57,845 bases of DNA from a virus. The stretch lies in IMG/VR virus record IMGVR_UViG_3300006353_000001; one strand, 5' to 3'. The position numbers and the translations under genes are program-made. This document shows, piece by piece, positions 57,686 to 57,845 of the stretch. Position 1 is the stretch's first letter, and each line of letters begins with the position of its first letter. The notes below the pieces were generated by a model. That model worked only from the letters and a program-made list of their open reading frames with translations, had not been told where the DNA came from and searched no databases.

Positions 57686-57845
57686 TCTATGTCACTACGA
57701 TTTCGTCTGACTGGCCAACCAAGAAGCAGTTAGACGAAATCGCAGAGGAAGGTGTTAGAGATATCGCTGGGCAGATCTTTCGTGCTGCAGTGAAATTCTC
57801 CCCGGTCTACAGTGGTGCGTTCCGAGCCAGTTGGCGGATAGCATT
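57682..57845 (+). CDS. 5' part of the HK97 gp10-like neck protein gene (continues at position 121 of the window through the overlap)
   Basis: ATG 57682 overlaps the upstream stop (ATGA). The frame stays open to the contig end and matches the frame of 2..334. Confidence 0.55.
   Translation, partial: MIYVTTISSDWPTKKQLDEIAEEGVRDIAGQIFRAAVKFSPVYSGAFRASWRIA
57726..57845. repeat. Second copy of the contig-end direct repeat (identical to 1..120)
   Basis: Exact identity read by eye over all 120 bases. Confidence 0.9.

Noticed and set aside
1-57845. Integrase, excisionase, transposase or other lysogeny/mobile-element genes
   Set aside because: No ORF shows tyrosine- or serine-recombinase or DDE motifs. 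The HTH cassette at 47.7-48.6 kb alone is not evidence for temperate behaviour.

Overview
The window is one complete, GC-rich genome of a tailed phage with a siphovirus-type tail module. Bases 1..120 are repeated exactly at 57726..57845, so the unique length is about 57,725 bp and the contig closes on itself inside a neck-protein gene. Almost all genes are on the + strand and tightly packed, often with ATGA/GTGA start-stop overlaps.

Gene order:
- 49.0-57.7 kb, then wrapping to 0-13.1 kb: packaging, head, neck and a lambda-like tail (tube, G/GT chaperones, tape measure, M/L/K/I-J-like tip proteins), then an M15 endolysin and overlapping spanins, which imply a Gram-negative host.
- 13.3-21.9 kb: replication (Prim-Pol/SF3 helicase, family A DNA polymerase, Cas4-like and VRR-NUC nucleases, SNF2 helicase, SSB-like protein).
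- 22.1-25.9 kb: nucleotide/DNA-modification module.
- 26.4-27.6 kb: ATP-dependent DNA ligase.
- 27.6-33.3 and 38.5-46.3 kb: many small genes of unknown function.
- 33.5-37.9 kb: a second fibre-like module.
- 46.3-49.0 kb: a repeat-dense, partly very AT-rich regulatory region containing the only minus-strand cassette.

Main lead: the nucleotide module looks like a T4-type 5-hydroxymethyl-cytosine pathway. It has a gp42-like hydroxymethylase with Asp at the cytosine-specificity position, a MazG-like NTP pyrophosphatase, a P-loop kinase and a dCMP deaminase. It is headed by a two-domain NodU/CmcH/TobZ-type O-carbamoyltransferase instead of a glucosyltransferase. That suggests an O-carbamoylated 5-hydroxymethyl-pyrimidine DNA modification that I am not aware of having been described.

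Other signals:
- 14 copies of a conserved promoter (GATCAAA-N4-TGTACA-N17/18-TACAAT), several apparently giving leaderless mRNAs.
- Four fixed-geometry copies of a ~75-bp element built on the palindrome TCCGGGA(S)TCCCGGA.
- Two zinc-ribbon proteins ending in the SSB tip motif DDIPF.
- A fibre protein with 20 tandem 24-aa His-containing repeats.
- A GT-A glycosyltransferase inside the tail-tip module.
- An MBD4-like DNA glycosylase.

I found no tRNA, CRISPR array, integrase or transposase. All functional calls come from motifs read by eye and recalled family signatures; no database search was run.
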